Assembly (NCBI RefSeq): GCF_964355755.1
Contig: NC_092675.1
Coordinates: forward strand, 28,306,912-28,370,911
Origin: Antedon mediterranea
Taxonomy: Eukaryota; Animalia; Echinodermata
DNA: 64,000 nt
Reading direction: 5' to 3'
The position numbers and the translations under genes were made by a program. Positions 1 to 12,711 of the stretch are shown here, one piece after another. The notes under the pieces were generated by a model. It saw only the letters and a program-made list of their open reading frames with translations. It was not told where the DNA came from and did no database searches. Numbering within the stretch: the stretch's first letter is position 1; every line of letters begins with the position of its first letter.

Positions 1-389
1 ACAAACAATAACATTTTACCTAATCTGGTAGCAAATGGTATAAATATCTACATTTTTTTTTAATTTTACATATGCAGTTTGATACTATTTAAGGGTTATG
101 TGCAATTTAGTTTGATGTGATTGGAGAAACTTATGCATGTTTATTTGGGCCAACTTTTGTAAAGTGTGTGATGGAAATATTTAATTATGTTATGTTTGAA
201 TCTGTTATTAATTGGTTATAAATAGAAAAATGAATTTGTTGTTGTGTGGCTTGCAAATAAACTCTACATGACAATTCAAAATAATGACTCTTTCTTTATT
301 TTATTTGATTGTTTATTCATTTTAAATTACATTTAGTTAAACTTGTATGATTGCAACATAAAATTTTAATAATTACAGTATATGATAAC

Positions 390-545
390 GCTATATTTTT
401 TAACTGTATATCTAGTCCAGCCACATCACACTCTGCAGGCAGTATCTTCACTGCCTCTATAAAATGATATATTTTAACTGTTATGTCTAGTCCAGCCTCT
501 GCAGGCAGTATATTCACTGCCTCTATAAAATGCTATATTTTAACT
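390..545. repeat. Local tandem duplication (~65-75 bp x2) at the GRHPR stop and 3'UTR
   Basis: TATATTTTAACTG..TCTAGTCCAGCC..CTCTGCAGGCAGTAT.TTCACTGCCTCTATAAAATG occurs twice; each copy has a small GGCAGT-N6-ACTGCC hairpin. Confidence 0.75.
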
Positions 546-3500
546 TGGTGAGGCATGGGTGCTCCCTCTATACCAGCGACAAGGTTCTCCGCTGCCAATA
601 TCGTCATTGTCTCCCTTGTATCATCGGTTGCACTACCAATATGGGGAAGAATAACTGAAAAAGATCAATAAAAAGTGGGTAAAAAGATGAATAAAAGTTG
701 GATTACAAAAGCTACTACAGGTACTGCTGTTGTAAATGAATAATTAATTTGATCAGTGAATCAGCATTTATAGTACCCACTGCACTCTTGATATAAACTA
801 CAATATCTGCACATATGTGCCTGATGAAAAAAGCAAATTGCAGTTTTACATACCACAGTTACGAAGACTAAGAAGTTGATGGTCAGTTGGAAGGGGCTCA
901 GGAGTGGTCACATCCAGACCAGCTGCTTTGATTTCACCTGTCTTCAATGCTTTGTATAAATCATCTTGTTGGACAACACCACCTCTGAAACAAACGCAAT
1001 TTAAAAAATGTTTTATATTGTAATACTATTTTGTTGATTCTTTGAGGTGAGTTGAATACTCTTACAGTGTTTTTTAACCTTAAACATTACAAATAGTTAT
1101 ACAACCATACATGCCAATATCTAAAGGTAAAAAAACAGGAAGTGGTGTTTTAGGTTTTTAGGTCGCCCTCTATCTATTATCGAGAGCTAAGGAGTGCAGT
1201 GTGTGACATCACAAGTGGTATTGCGTGGTGGCTATGTGAGGAAAATTCCCTTTCCGATCAAATTATGACCGCAGATGGCTTAAATATCGTAAATTTGCTT
1301 GTGTGTAAACATTTTTGTTATATTTTAATGCAGAAAACAACACATATACATCCAAATTCAGTTATCTTTGTAATCCACGAGAAAATGTGGAAAACCCGGA
1401 GCAAAATGTTAGGCCGGGAGATGAGTCTAGAATATGGGAGACTCCCAGCCAAAACAGGAGTGTTGGTATGTATGATACAACGCATATATACTTAAAGGGG
1501 GGTTCCGGGTTTAAAATGAATAGTAAAAAATGTAAAATATATTTGTTTGTCTCTTGAACGGTAAAAGTTTCAATTTATATAAGCGCCCAGTGAAGCAGAA
1601 CGAAGGCTGTGAAATGAGGCCAGATTACAAGTGCAGCTACGGCAAAATCACACTGTGGTTACAGAATACGAAATTCGTGAAATGGTCAATCTTCCGACGA
1701 CTCGTTATCATTAACCATATCAATTACTTTTGTAAAATTATACTTATCTTATGTAATTTTAGTCGGTCTTCCCATTTATAAAATCAATTTTCTATGAAAA
1801 TCCATCAAAACAGTGAAATATTAGATAAGTTTGCACTTTACGTTTGCCGATTTTCGCACTGACTTAGGGAAAGCCTTCAAAATCAATGAAGCGTAACGTA
1901 TACAATCCTGCACCACCTGCTGAGCGAGGAGAGCGAGACGACGATACACGTGCTCTCTCTGCCCATGCCTGGCATCGTCACGTGATAAGCAGATACAGTA
2001 TACAATACCAAACTGGTCGGGTCGAGTATACCCCGTCTATATCACAACATGAACGATGTACAGTATTTGATTGAAGGTCGACTCAACCTACCGGAATGGT
2101 ATAGATAATATAGCTCGAATGAGAGAGTTGGAATATTTGTAAACATAAGTACAGTATTGCTAATTTTAACAAGAGTGTAGCCTATAGTAAAAGGCCTGGT
2201 AGTATCAATTCGCATAGGGTCTACTACATTAGCTAGCTCAATTTTTAACTGGGCCGGATCGGCTAGGCTAGGCTAGCTAGGTCTCCTTCCTATCCTACTA
2301 CCGGTCTACTTGCTTGATGCAGTATCCGCTTTTTTGGAGAGTAAACTAACTAGGCCTACTTATTAGACGTGCGGACGGCGATCGGACCTTGTTTTGCCTC
2401 AATATTTACAGCCGATTTTTGTAGAACGTTTTAGGTTTAGGCCTAGATTGTTTAGGAGTTTGGTTGATAGGATGGGTTTGGAATCCACTGAGTTTTGTTA
2501 TTTATGGGCCAATCGTTTAGTAATAGGCTAGCTAGGCCCATGAATGATGGCCCCAATGCAATGTTTTAACGTAGCCATCGTGGCATGGAATCCCTAGTCA
2601 GAAATGGCTCTCACCCCGGCATGAATAAAATGATTTAGGCTAGGCCTAGCCTACTAGTACGTGAAGCCGATATACGATCTGTACTATTAATTCGAGGTAT
2701 AAAAATAGTATAATTTATGACTCCGTAATCTGTACTAAATTTTGTATTTCATTAAATGTCAAATAAATATATGCTACTACTGTTATTATTACACTTTAGG
2801 CCTAGCTTAGCAAATCTACAAAAAAAATGTATTTCACAATGATCGGGTGGTCATCGTTTGACAGAGGAGAGAGAACATAACGTACAAGCTTGACGTCGCG
2901 AGTTTGGAATCCACTGATGACGTGATTTTGTGAATATCTCATGAATATTAATGAGCTTCCCTAAGCTGCTGAAAAACAGACTTTCCATGAATTTACCCTA
3001 AAATGTATATGAAATTTAATTTTTTTAATTTCTCGTTATTACTTCTTCATTCTGACATGTCTATATTGTTATAATATTTTTTATTTAATAAATAAACGAT
3101 ATTTAAAAGCAATTTTAAACCCAGAATCCCCCTTTAACTTCATTACCTGCTTGTGTTAATTAAGATAGCTGAGGATTTCATCTTTTCAAAGGCTTTTGAG
3201 TTGAACATTTCTTTGGTGTCTGAATTCAAAGCACAGGATACAACCACAAAGTCACTCTCTTCCAGCAGTTGCTCAAATGATACTGCAAATTTAATTTTGA
3301 AAGAGTTATTTTTAAGATCTCATGATGTAACATTTGTTGCAGTACTCGTACAATAAGCCCATTTTAAAAATTGTTTTTACACCATTCAATAGCAAATACA
3401 TGACTCTTCAATTACAGTAATATGAAAAAAAAATATATGGACATGATGATGTCATACCACTACCATTATGGGCACATCACACTTTTTTGTCAAAGTAGTT

Positions 3501-5424
3501 TGGTAGTGTATACCGAGCTTAAAACCTGAGTCTATAAGGACTAGTGGTGCTGTATTGGTCATTAGAGAAAAAATACTGGAATTTTGATAGGATTTGAACC
3601 AAACACCCTGGGATTACAATTATTTGTTACTCAATTTTCACTTATTTTCCTCCTTCCTCCATCTTATATTTGTCTGTCTGTCTGTCCACTCAACCAAAAC
3701 TTACATTCATCAACAATCTATATATTCATTCATTTAAATTCATATTGCTTTTTAATTTTTAATGTATTAAAAAACCCATCTCACCAAGTTCTGCAGCTAT
3801 AAGGGGTGCGTGTTGGCTTGGAGTTCGATTGTTATACAAGAATCTCTTAACACCAAATGGTTTTAGTCTATTTGCTACAGCTAGGCCGATCCTTCCTAGG
3901 CCTACGATACCAACAGTGCTACCAGACAACCCTAAACCACACATCCAGTATGGTTTCCAAGTCCCCCATCCACCACTAAAATATATAAAAACTTAACAAA
4001 TAAAATACGACTGTAGTTTCTGTCTGGCTGTCTGTCTTTTGTGGTTGAAAACTAAAATATGTTTAACATCTTAATTTTTTTAACCAAAATCAAAATAGAT
4101 AAATGCAATTTATAATTGATGTTAAAATAATGTACGAAATAATTGAACACAGAAAATGTAAAATAATATTACATTCTATGACCTTTTCACTTCATTAACT
4201 CCTTCAACTATTCTCCGTGAAGCTGCTAGTAAGAGGGCGACAGTCAGCTCAGCTGTGGCGTCTGTAAGAACATCTGGAGTGTAGCCTACTGTAATGTTTC
4301 TGAAAAATTATAAAATCACCTGTTTTGGTAAAAAGTTTTAACTGAACGAATGATAGAGAAAAAGAATACATTTTGTGTGTTTTTCTTACCTTTGTTTGCA
4401 CATAGATAAATCAATGTGATCATACCCAACGGACATGGTACTAATTGTTTTCAAAGTACTACCTACGGAAAGAAAACATAAATTATAAAATTGAAAAAAA
4501 ATTGACATACAAATAGAACTCCCTATTAAGGGGACAATATATGTTTTAACAATATGCCAATACCTATTAGTCGGAGTAGGTACTTCAGTACGTCAGTACT
4601 TCTTTTAAAGGAAAATTTTGTTGGGTAACAAAGGACATGTCCCTTTTAATAGGTTTTTTTTACTGTCTTGTGTATTACTATATTTTCTGATGTTTAACAT
4701 GTTTCACTGATTTTGGTGTTTAGCAAAAAAAATTGCGTATTTTCTTTGTCATTACCTGCAGCTTCTATTACTTTTGCATCAATTTTATCTGACAGTACAC
4801 AGTATATACCGTCACATCCCACAATCTTCTTTAACAGTTCGTCCCTTGGCACTGGTTCATCACTGTCCCACATGGAGACATTGTATCTATAAACAATTAC
4901 AAAAAAAAACAGTACATGTATTGCAAAATAATTAGTAGGCTGCATATCCAAAACAAAATGATATTGATGATCAATGTTTATTGTTGTTTATTTATTTTAA
5001 AAAAATTGTTGACAGTGTGGAGGCCAGATAGCAACATAGCCATTAAGGCTGGTGACTAATTTAGCAGCCTCCCCCTTAACTAATCTGAATTATATACAAA
5101 CAAATTTACTAAAAAGTAAAGTATTAGCGTTTAGTTGGACAATTATAGCAATCTCTTTAAATCATAGTAGTATTCATAGCAGTGTTAAATAATAATATAA
5201 TAAACGTATCAAATTAATTTGATTGGCGTTTGAAACAAATGATTTGAGGTGCAACTTGACAATCAAATTAAAAAATCAGTGCGAACCGACCAGAGTAAAC
5301 ATGGAAAAAAACACTGTAGGCCTAGAAGCCTATCCACCCAGCCCAGATAAGCGTGTTACCTATTTTTTAGAATATCTAAACCTTTTTGAGATATTCTCCT
5401 AGTTACATATATGTTTCTGGCCAT
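533..5424 (-). CDS. GRHPR: Glyoxylate reductase/hydroxypyruvate reductase (D-2-hydroxyacid dehydrogenase), 8 coding exons, ~321 aa
   Basis: Exons (minus): 5360-5424, 4756-4886, 4390-4462, 4183-4299, 3785-3975, 3147-3282, 854-984, 533-654; all GT-AG, total 966 nt, in frame. Motifs: [54 protein letters not shown], Rossmann [42 protein letters not shown]. Confidence 0.96.
1106..1474. mobile_element. Non-autonomous DNA transposon (MITE) with CATAC...GTATG termini and a 7-bp TSD, P-superfamily-like
   Basis: TIRs CATACATGCCAA (1106) and TTGGTATGTATG (ending 1474) match 11/12; flanking direct repeat ATACAAC at 1099-1105 and 1475-1481. The superfamily call is inferred from CA..TG ends plus a 7-bp TSD. 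Confidence 0.7.
1496..3133. mobile_element. ~1.64-kb non-autonomous DNA transposon with TTAA TSD and AG...CT termini (Kolobok-like)
   Basis: Left end TTAA|AGGGGGGTTCCGGGTTTAAAAT; right end ATTTTAAACCCAGAATCCCCCT|TTAA; 22-bp TIR with 2 mismatches. No long internal ORF. Purine 5' termini with a TTAA TSD fit Kolobok rather than piggyBac (CCY termini). Confidence 0.8.
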
Positions 5425-5915
5425 ATTTAATTATATAAATTAGGTTGTACTAATCGGAGACAGGTGTACACTGTTCACAATGTTCTCCACTTCTAGCTAT
5501 CCGTCGTTCCGGTCGTTGTCAACTCTTATCTCTCTCCTCGATGTTGTTGGACGATTTGTACCTTCCTCGTTGTATGGGCGCTTCCATTTTGTCGACTGCT
5601 TTACATATTGAATTATCAAACTTTCATTGTAGACACGCAAATATAATTATTTTATTTTAAATATATTTAAATCATATAAAAAAATTAAATTTATTAAAAA
5701 AATATTAAAATAAAAATTATTAGTATAATATTATTTGGATAGAATAGGAAATACATAAGCGTTAATTTAAATATTGTACGCCTTTTTCTAAAATTGTTTA
5801 AAATAGTAGAGGGCGCGCTAACATTTTTGGACAGTACTGTTTTATTTTTCGCAAATTTAGCTCTTTAAATTCATGTTGTTGTCGTTTTCTACGAGCTTAT
5901 AACTATAAAAACACA
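5425..5915. promoter_or_regulatory. Putative bidirectional promoter between GRHPR and PFDN1
   Basis: Divergent start codons only ~490 bp apart (5424 minus, 5916 plus), with an AT-rich core flanked by CpG-containing patches. Confidence 0.6.
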
Positions 5916-7815
5916 ATGAATGTTGATCTAGAACTTAAAAAGGTAAGTATTGTTGACCATGGCAATTGTATTGAGACCAGGGAGACGTATATAGTCTAGG
6001 CCTAGCCTATACTATATACTACTACTAGCTAGGGGCCCCTAGTCTAGGCCCTCTAGCTAGGCTAGGCCTACTACAAAGGCCTACTGTACAGTAGAATACC
6101 GGCCGGCCTCCAGCCTGGCCTTCAGGCTTGCTCCACACAAGCTACTCTTTACCTAAAAAGCCTACAATGGAAATAAGTTAGACCTTTGGTTGGTTACTTT
6201 TTTTTGTGTTACCCTGAATTCATTCTTTGTATTTTATATGTTGTGTTTTTGTGAATTTGAATAAAGAAAAAAAAAAAAAAAATACCGCAATGAAAACATA
6301 ACATTCAACATTTAATGCTAAATTAAATGTAGGCCTAATTAATAATTATTAATATTAATTATTATTGAAAAATTAAATGTTGATTTATTTTCAGTCACAT
6401 TCAACATACAGCGGTGCACGGAAAATCCGCCACTAACAGCAATATATATATATAGGCCTATATATATAACAAAGTAGCCTGAAATATTTAAAAAATATTA
6501 TTATAACAAATTTTATTGAAATTCAATTTCACAAACACTTTATTTTTTCACTTAGGCTTTCCAGGAGCTACAAGTAAAGATGTTAGAAACAACCCAACAG
6601 GTTAAAGTAGCAGACACACAGATTGAGTACCAAAAACGATCGCAGCAACATGCCAAGCTGACCAGCTCAGAAATTGGAAAGTACCCACAAGAAACAAGGG
6701 TCTATGAAGGTGTTGGCAGGATGTAAGTTTACGAATAACTGTTGAAAACTATTAAAAATAAACTTTCTAAAATCAATAAACCTTAAAAACAAGAAATTGT
6801 TACCAGTTATTGAATTGTTAAGCTATTTATACAAAAAAGTGTTATTTGCTGAAATATGGTAATGATATGACATCATCATGTACATAGAGGCACATCACAT
6901 TTTTTTGTCACATAAAGTTTGATAGTGTAGACAGAGCTTTAGATTCTAAGGCTCTGTTTACACTACAAACTAGTTTGACAAAAAAAGTGTGATGTAACCA
7001 AATATGGTAGTGATATGACATCAGCATGTCCATATATGAGCACATCACATTTTCAATAAAGTTGATAGTGTGGACAGAGCTTTAGATTGTTGATATTATA
7101 TTTACAGGTTTATTTTGCAAGATATTCCAAATATTCAAAGTTTACTGTCAGAACGAGTGAAGAAATCTGAAACTAAAATCAAAGAATTAGAAGTAAGTAA
7201 TATTGGATTTATATTTCAGATTTTACTATTTATTTTGTCGTCAATTCAGTATGAACATATTTTAAGTATGTTCATGCATTTTAGGATATCATATCTAATC
7301 CACTGGAAGTAAGTCCAGATTAGATTGATATCCTCCTAAAATTAATATTACCTGGATGAATGAGAATATGCATATCTGTATTCATATATATTTCTAAAGG
7401 AAAAAAACTGAAAAACAAAAAAAAATCAAAACGATTAAGTAAAACAGCCAGGAAAGTTAGCAGAGCTTTCTAAAATTTTATAAGAAATCAAATATTAAAA
7501 TATGAACATGAATAATAACTACTATCTATAACTATCAAAAAACATTAAAGGATAAGTCACAATTTAAAAGAATTTTTAAATTTTCTCCTTTTGTCTGCCA
7601 AGGTTGACGTTTGTTTTTCAAAGACTAAGAAATAATGAAAGTAATAAATATAGTAGTTGTCTTTCAGTTTGTTTTTCCTATTTTCTTTTCTCCAATATTA
7701 TAATTATGGTATTTTATTTTTTAAGTCAAAGAAAACGTACCTTGAGCGTACATTAAAGGAAAGTGAGGACAACTTACGTGAGATGGTAGCATCAAAACAA
7801 GCAACATTAAAATGA
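5916..7815 (+). CDS. PFDN1: Prefoldin subunit 1, 4 exons, 122 aa
   Basis: Exons 5916-5942, 6556-6722, 7108-7192, 7726-7815 (369 nt). Translation MNVDLELKKAFQELQVKMLETTQQVK...TRVYEGVGRMFIL...KIKELESKKTYLERTLKESEDNLREMV carries the prefoldin-1 signature YEGVGRMF. Confidence 0.96.
6850..7083. mobile_element. Two adjacent copies of MITE family A (TIR AGCTCTGTCTACAC, Harbinger/Tourist-like) in PFDN1 intron 2
   Basis: Core AAATATGGTAGTGATATGACATCATCATGTCCATAT..GCACATCACA and end GATAGTGTAGACAGAGCT-TTA. Related copies at ~3435-3520, 16636-16720, 22075-22160, 24258-24356, 25430-25570, 35433-35667, 37310-37440, 42733-42852, 47335-47440, 51227-51330, 62279-62383. Confidence 0.85.
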
Positions 7816-8288
7816 ACAAACTACGTTAAGAGGCAGTATCGCGATAAAGAGGGCGCTATATTCAGCTATGTGGGGATGAGGGCGCTACAGTAGAAAAACT
7901 ATAAATGTGAGGTGCAATTGTAAATGAATTGTAGAAATACAGTGAAGAAAGCTTATTTTTTGTGTAAACGCAACGCAATGGTCTTGCATGCATACACCCT
8001 AAACAAAATCCAGACTTATTACTATTATTTGGATGTTGATGGTCAATAAATTGATTAATTACTATGGGTTTGTAAATTGTAGTCAATTAAACTGTTTTCA
8101 CTATTTATTATTATTAAGATTAATAAATAAAAGGCATGTAAATGGTAATTGTTATAGTTTCTTGAAACAAAACCTGTCCAAATATTTTTAGGAATAATTA
8201 TAAAAAAATTCACTTGAATACCGTATATGTTCACCATTCCAAGGTTCATTTTTAACCTACTCCTCCGATAAAGTAAAAGCCTGTTCTA

Positions 8289-8707
8289 GAGCTTGGTTTC
8301 CACGAGTAATTTGACCAATCATGACGCGATGGAACACTCGAACTGTCAGGTTGTTGCATTGCGTTCTAGTTGGAACCAAGCTTAATAGTGTAAAAGTACC
8401 AAAATCGGACATAGATTTTTACGATGTTTGCTTGTTTTGTAGAATAAAGTCTTGCTACAGCATCAAGTACTGTATCTGGTTTTTTTTTGCTACTCTATGC
8501 CAAGATGTTAAAGCGACAATACAACAAGCGACGCAACACAAGGCCGCAACGCAAGTGAAGTGACCAATCACAAGTGATGGCTTATTCGCTTGTCATTGGT
8601 TAAAACGCCTGCGTTGCGTTTACGTCCTTGCGTTACGTTCTAGTGGGAACCAAGCTTTACGTTGCGTAGATTGCGTTACGTTGCGTCGCTAGTGGGAACC
8701 AAGCTTT
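8289..8707. mobile_element. Cluster of MITE family B fragments (TIR AGCTTGGTTCCCACTAG / CTAGTGGGAACCAAGCT)
   Basis: Three right-hand termini ...GGAACCAAGCTT at ~8383, ~8656 and ~8705; internal GACCAATCACAAG and GCGTTGCGT motifs shared with the other copies. Confidence 0.75.
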
Positions 8708-9220
8708 AACACATTAAGAACGTGCCGATTAAAATATCTTATTTTAAAAGCAGCATTATTAATTTTAATTTAAAAAAAAAGAACAACAAACTAATACTTT
8801 GCCTAAATACCTTTAAAAAAAATACCATCAACTATATCAATAACATCTATTCAATTAGTATTCACTGCCCTACATCTTTGGTATCATGCTAGCGAATAGA
8901 AAAAAAACGACACGCTCTACACGCCGCGTCAGTGTACGCATTTTGAAAAGTTCAATAATAGATAGGCCTAAATGTAACTAGAAAACAGTGTATCTAGACT
9001 AAACTCCTTTTAGTCTAGATAATATTGACGTTTCGCCCGCATCAAATAATCCATTTACAAATTTACAAGTATGACACTATATAGTCTATAAAAACTATAT
9101 TATATAACGGAAGTAGAAAAAAGCAGGTGTTTAACGGAAAGAAAGACAATTTACGCTGACAGTGTTCTAACGATGCGTTGTACCGTATACCGTGGCGCAT
9201 CTTCCAAACCACCCAACTTA

Positions 9221-9342
9221 AGCTTGGTTCCGACTAGGACGCAGCGCAAGGATGTAAGTAGCTGAACCAATCACAAGCGATGGATTATCCGAACTGTCGC
9301 CGGTCATTGGTCAATTTGCTTGCGTCCTATTGGGAACCAATC
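9221..9342. mobile_element. MITE family B copy
   Basis: AGCTTGGTTCCGACTAGGACGCAGCGCAAG...CCAATCACAAGCGATGG...CATTGGTCAA...CTATTGGGAACCAATCT. Confidence 0.75.
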
Positions 9343-11086
9343 TTAACGCGTGCACACCCGGCTCCGTACAAACTAACCAATACGTCCAAACATAACGTTA
9401 ATGTTAGTGTAATGTTGAAATTATTGGGGTGCATGTGCATATTTTCAAACTTTTCACTTCACTATAGATGGATCGTACACATTAAGCAGCAAATCCGGCC
9501 CAGTAACTGTAATTCTTTTACATCATTCATCCCAAGATGAAGCACCTCACCACACCCAAACCAGCTAACGCCTTGCGTTATGGAGCCATATTTGATTTCG
9601 TTAAAAGTAAAGAATGGAATGAATAACTGACCTTGTTTAGTTTTAGCTAGCCTACTCTAGGCTCATTTGTTACAATGAATGAACCAGCTGAGTTGACAAT
9701 GCCGTAACAAATCCATCCTTGTCAGCAGTCTGGATACCGATTGTGTCGCTTCTTCACATTGTTGTGACGTGTACACGTGTGCGGAAATGTCTTGAGCGTG
9801 TTTACACGGGACACATACACACTGCACACGCCGCGCATGCCCCCTTCTATAAGAGCTTTTTGTTAGCATCGATTGTGAGCTATTGGTAGCCTAGTAGTTC
9901 AATGAACTAAAAAAGGGGTGTTTTGGGGACCAACCGCTACCCGATAACCTTTAGAATCCCATCGTGGGATTTCCACCATAGTTTTTGAAACTACAAGTGT
10001 TTATACTGCTCGATAGGGAACCACTTCCCCTGAGACTACTTTTTGGTTGGGACGGGTCCTTGTTTAATCATACTAAAAATGAAGCTTCCATCTCTATCAA
10101 ATAGCATAGAACCACTTCCCTGACAACCTTTAGCTAGTACTGGTTTTGTACCCTCTATACACCGTCAAAAGCCTCCTGAATCCGTCCTTTTTGTAATTAA
10201 AATAGGGACACAACATAATTACAAATCACAATTATTTAAAAATTCATTTTTCTTTATTTTCAGAAACAAAATGTTAATGCTCAACTAATTAGTTTTTCTT
10301 AAACCTATTAATTATTGAATCCACGGGTTAACTCCCCTACTATACAAAGACAAAATAAATTTGTCATTGAACGGCATCATGATTCCTACTTAAAATGTTG
10401 AAATTAGGCAACCGGTATATTTAAGGGCTCAATCTCTATTCTCCGTTTATGTTTTTTTAAAATTCAACTTCTATTTGTGTATTGCATTGTTCTATCGTAG
10501 TGGTATAACATTCTTAATGTGTCCTCACAGTGTCTAGGACCATGTCCATTTCTAGAACATGACAAACAAATAGACCTAAATGTCTTAACGTTCGTCGCTT
10601 TTAAACTAATCGCACAACGAACGTAACAAAAACAAACGTACGTAACGTCTAATTCAGTTCGTTTCCCATTAACTTGTAACATCATATTTACTGGTATGGT
10701 ATTTCTTTTATACACATTTTCTAAAATAACAGGGTATTCTACAAACGATGTCACGTGGGTTGTTATAGATCAAACACGACCACAGCTACTGCGTATTAAT
10801 TCTATATTTTAGTAGAATTTGTCTGTTGTAAATAAATGATGGCGGGTGGTGATTCAAATCTATTCTCTACAAGTTAAATTGTACTTTTTGTACATTTACA
10901 AACGAATACGAGGCAGACGGACGTAAGAGACAAAGGATTGACTTACGATGTGGGTCATGACTTTTGATGAGAAGAAAAACGGTGGTTTTGTGAGCCAACG
11001 AAGAGGTTAAATGCCCAATTATGATTCAACGTGATACAACGTATTGTTACGGGCGATTATGTCCCTGACACGCATCCTGTTGGTAA

Positions 11087-11222
11087 AGCTTGGTTCTCAC
11101 TAGGAGGCAACGCAATGACGTAATGCAACGCGAAGTGATTTGACCAATCAATAACAATGGATTATTCGAACAGCGTGTGAATGATCAACGCGCTTGCGTT
11201 GCGTCTCTCTATTGGGAACCCA
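11087..11222. mobile_element. MITE family B copy
   Basis: AGCTTGGTTCTCACTAGG...TTTGACCAATCAA...GCGTTGCGTC...TATTGGGAACC. Confidence 0.7.
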
Positions 11223-12711
11223 GTGTAATATTTAATGGATATGACTACAGAGCTTATATCAATTAAAGTAAGAGTAGATATTTGTCCGACACAAAACACA
11301 TTTCGCCTCGTTTCATAATTCAGGAGAAAGTGTGAGGTCGTTGACGATACGTCACGACCGTGAGCCCGTGTCCATCACTTGACCATCACACCTACGAAGA
11401 CGATTCTGCACAGTTGTTAGCAGTTGCAATTTGCTTCCCCCTCACAACACCTTACTGGCGCGTGTGACTGCCTAGCTAGTGTTCTAATACACCTGTGTAT
11501 TATGCAGATGTGCATGCAAAGTTTGCATTCTATATCTTTAATACGTAAACACTCATTTGTTTCATTCAAAAGATCGGACCACTCGTTCTTTGTCTCCGAA
11601 TAGTGTAACGCTGCCTTGACCGTCAGACATTTAAATCATATTCAATACATATTTCAGAATGGGTTTTGTGTAAAAGGAACAAGGATTCTTTGTGACCTGG
11701 TGCCAGCCACGCGCACCCATTCGTCATGACGTGTGTCGACACGTGACACGTTCTATGGCCTGGATCCATTTCTTGATCCAGTATGATTTAGACCTGCAAT
11801 ATAATCATGATGTCATCTATCATGTATTCTGTTTTTCGATCAGTTAAGTACTTACTGTTTAGAATATGATACAGTGTGTAAAGCATTTAACTTTTAAGGC
11901 AGCAGTACTATTTGGTATTTTAGTAAATAGTGGACTTAACACGATATTACTAAGACTTTTTTCATTCTAGGTAAAAATTAATAAAGAAACATTATTTTAA
12001 AACAGTACACGTACGTGCATAAGCCTATATGGCTATATTCAATAACATGAAACAACTAAATAAAACAAAAATTTTGTCAAATAGATAATAAGAGAAATAT
12101 AAACTGAGTTTATTATGGTAAATTTAATTATTAATTTACGTAATAAGATCAGCTTAACATATATAAGAACCAATGTAGTTTAGAAAATAAATGAATCGCA
12201 CTTTCATTTGCAATGAACAACAGCCGTTTTATCATAACGTTATATTTGACTAAACTAATGTTGGCCTCCTACGGCATTCATTCAATAAGTGGTACGGTAC
12301 AGTCAAATTATTAAACAATAATTTTATGAAATAATAATAAAGGTAGATATATATACTCTCAATTTTCTTTCTTTCACAAACATTTTTATTTGTGATGGTT
12401 TGTAATCTGCAAGATAGTTGAGTGGATGTGTTTCTTTACGTATTAATTTTTATTGTTACACATTTTATATTATTTATTTTTATATTATTTTGTACATATT
12501 GTTTTCATCCTGCTGCTATTCCTATACAGTATTTAGAATAGAAACCTTTATTTATTGAATAATTAAGAATTCACTGTATAATTTAAAAATATCTTTTTCC
12601 GGACCTAATATCTCTTATAACTTTAAAATAATATTAGGGGGGTTACATTGAGATTATTTATATAATATATACAATAATACATATACATTTGTCTTTCTCA
12701 ATTTTTTGTTT

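Noticed and set aside
436-525. CAGUGA in the GRHPR 3'UTR as an iron-responsive element
   Set aside because: CAGUGA lies in a stem arm rather than an apical loop, and the 5-bp upper stem with C bulge is absent.
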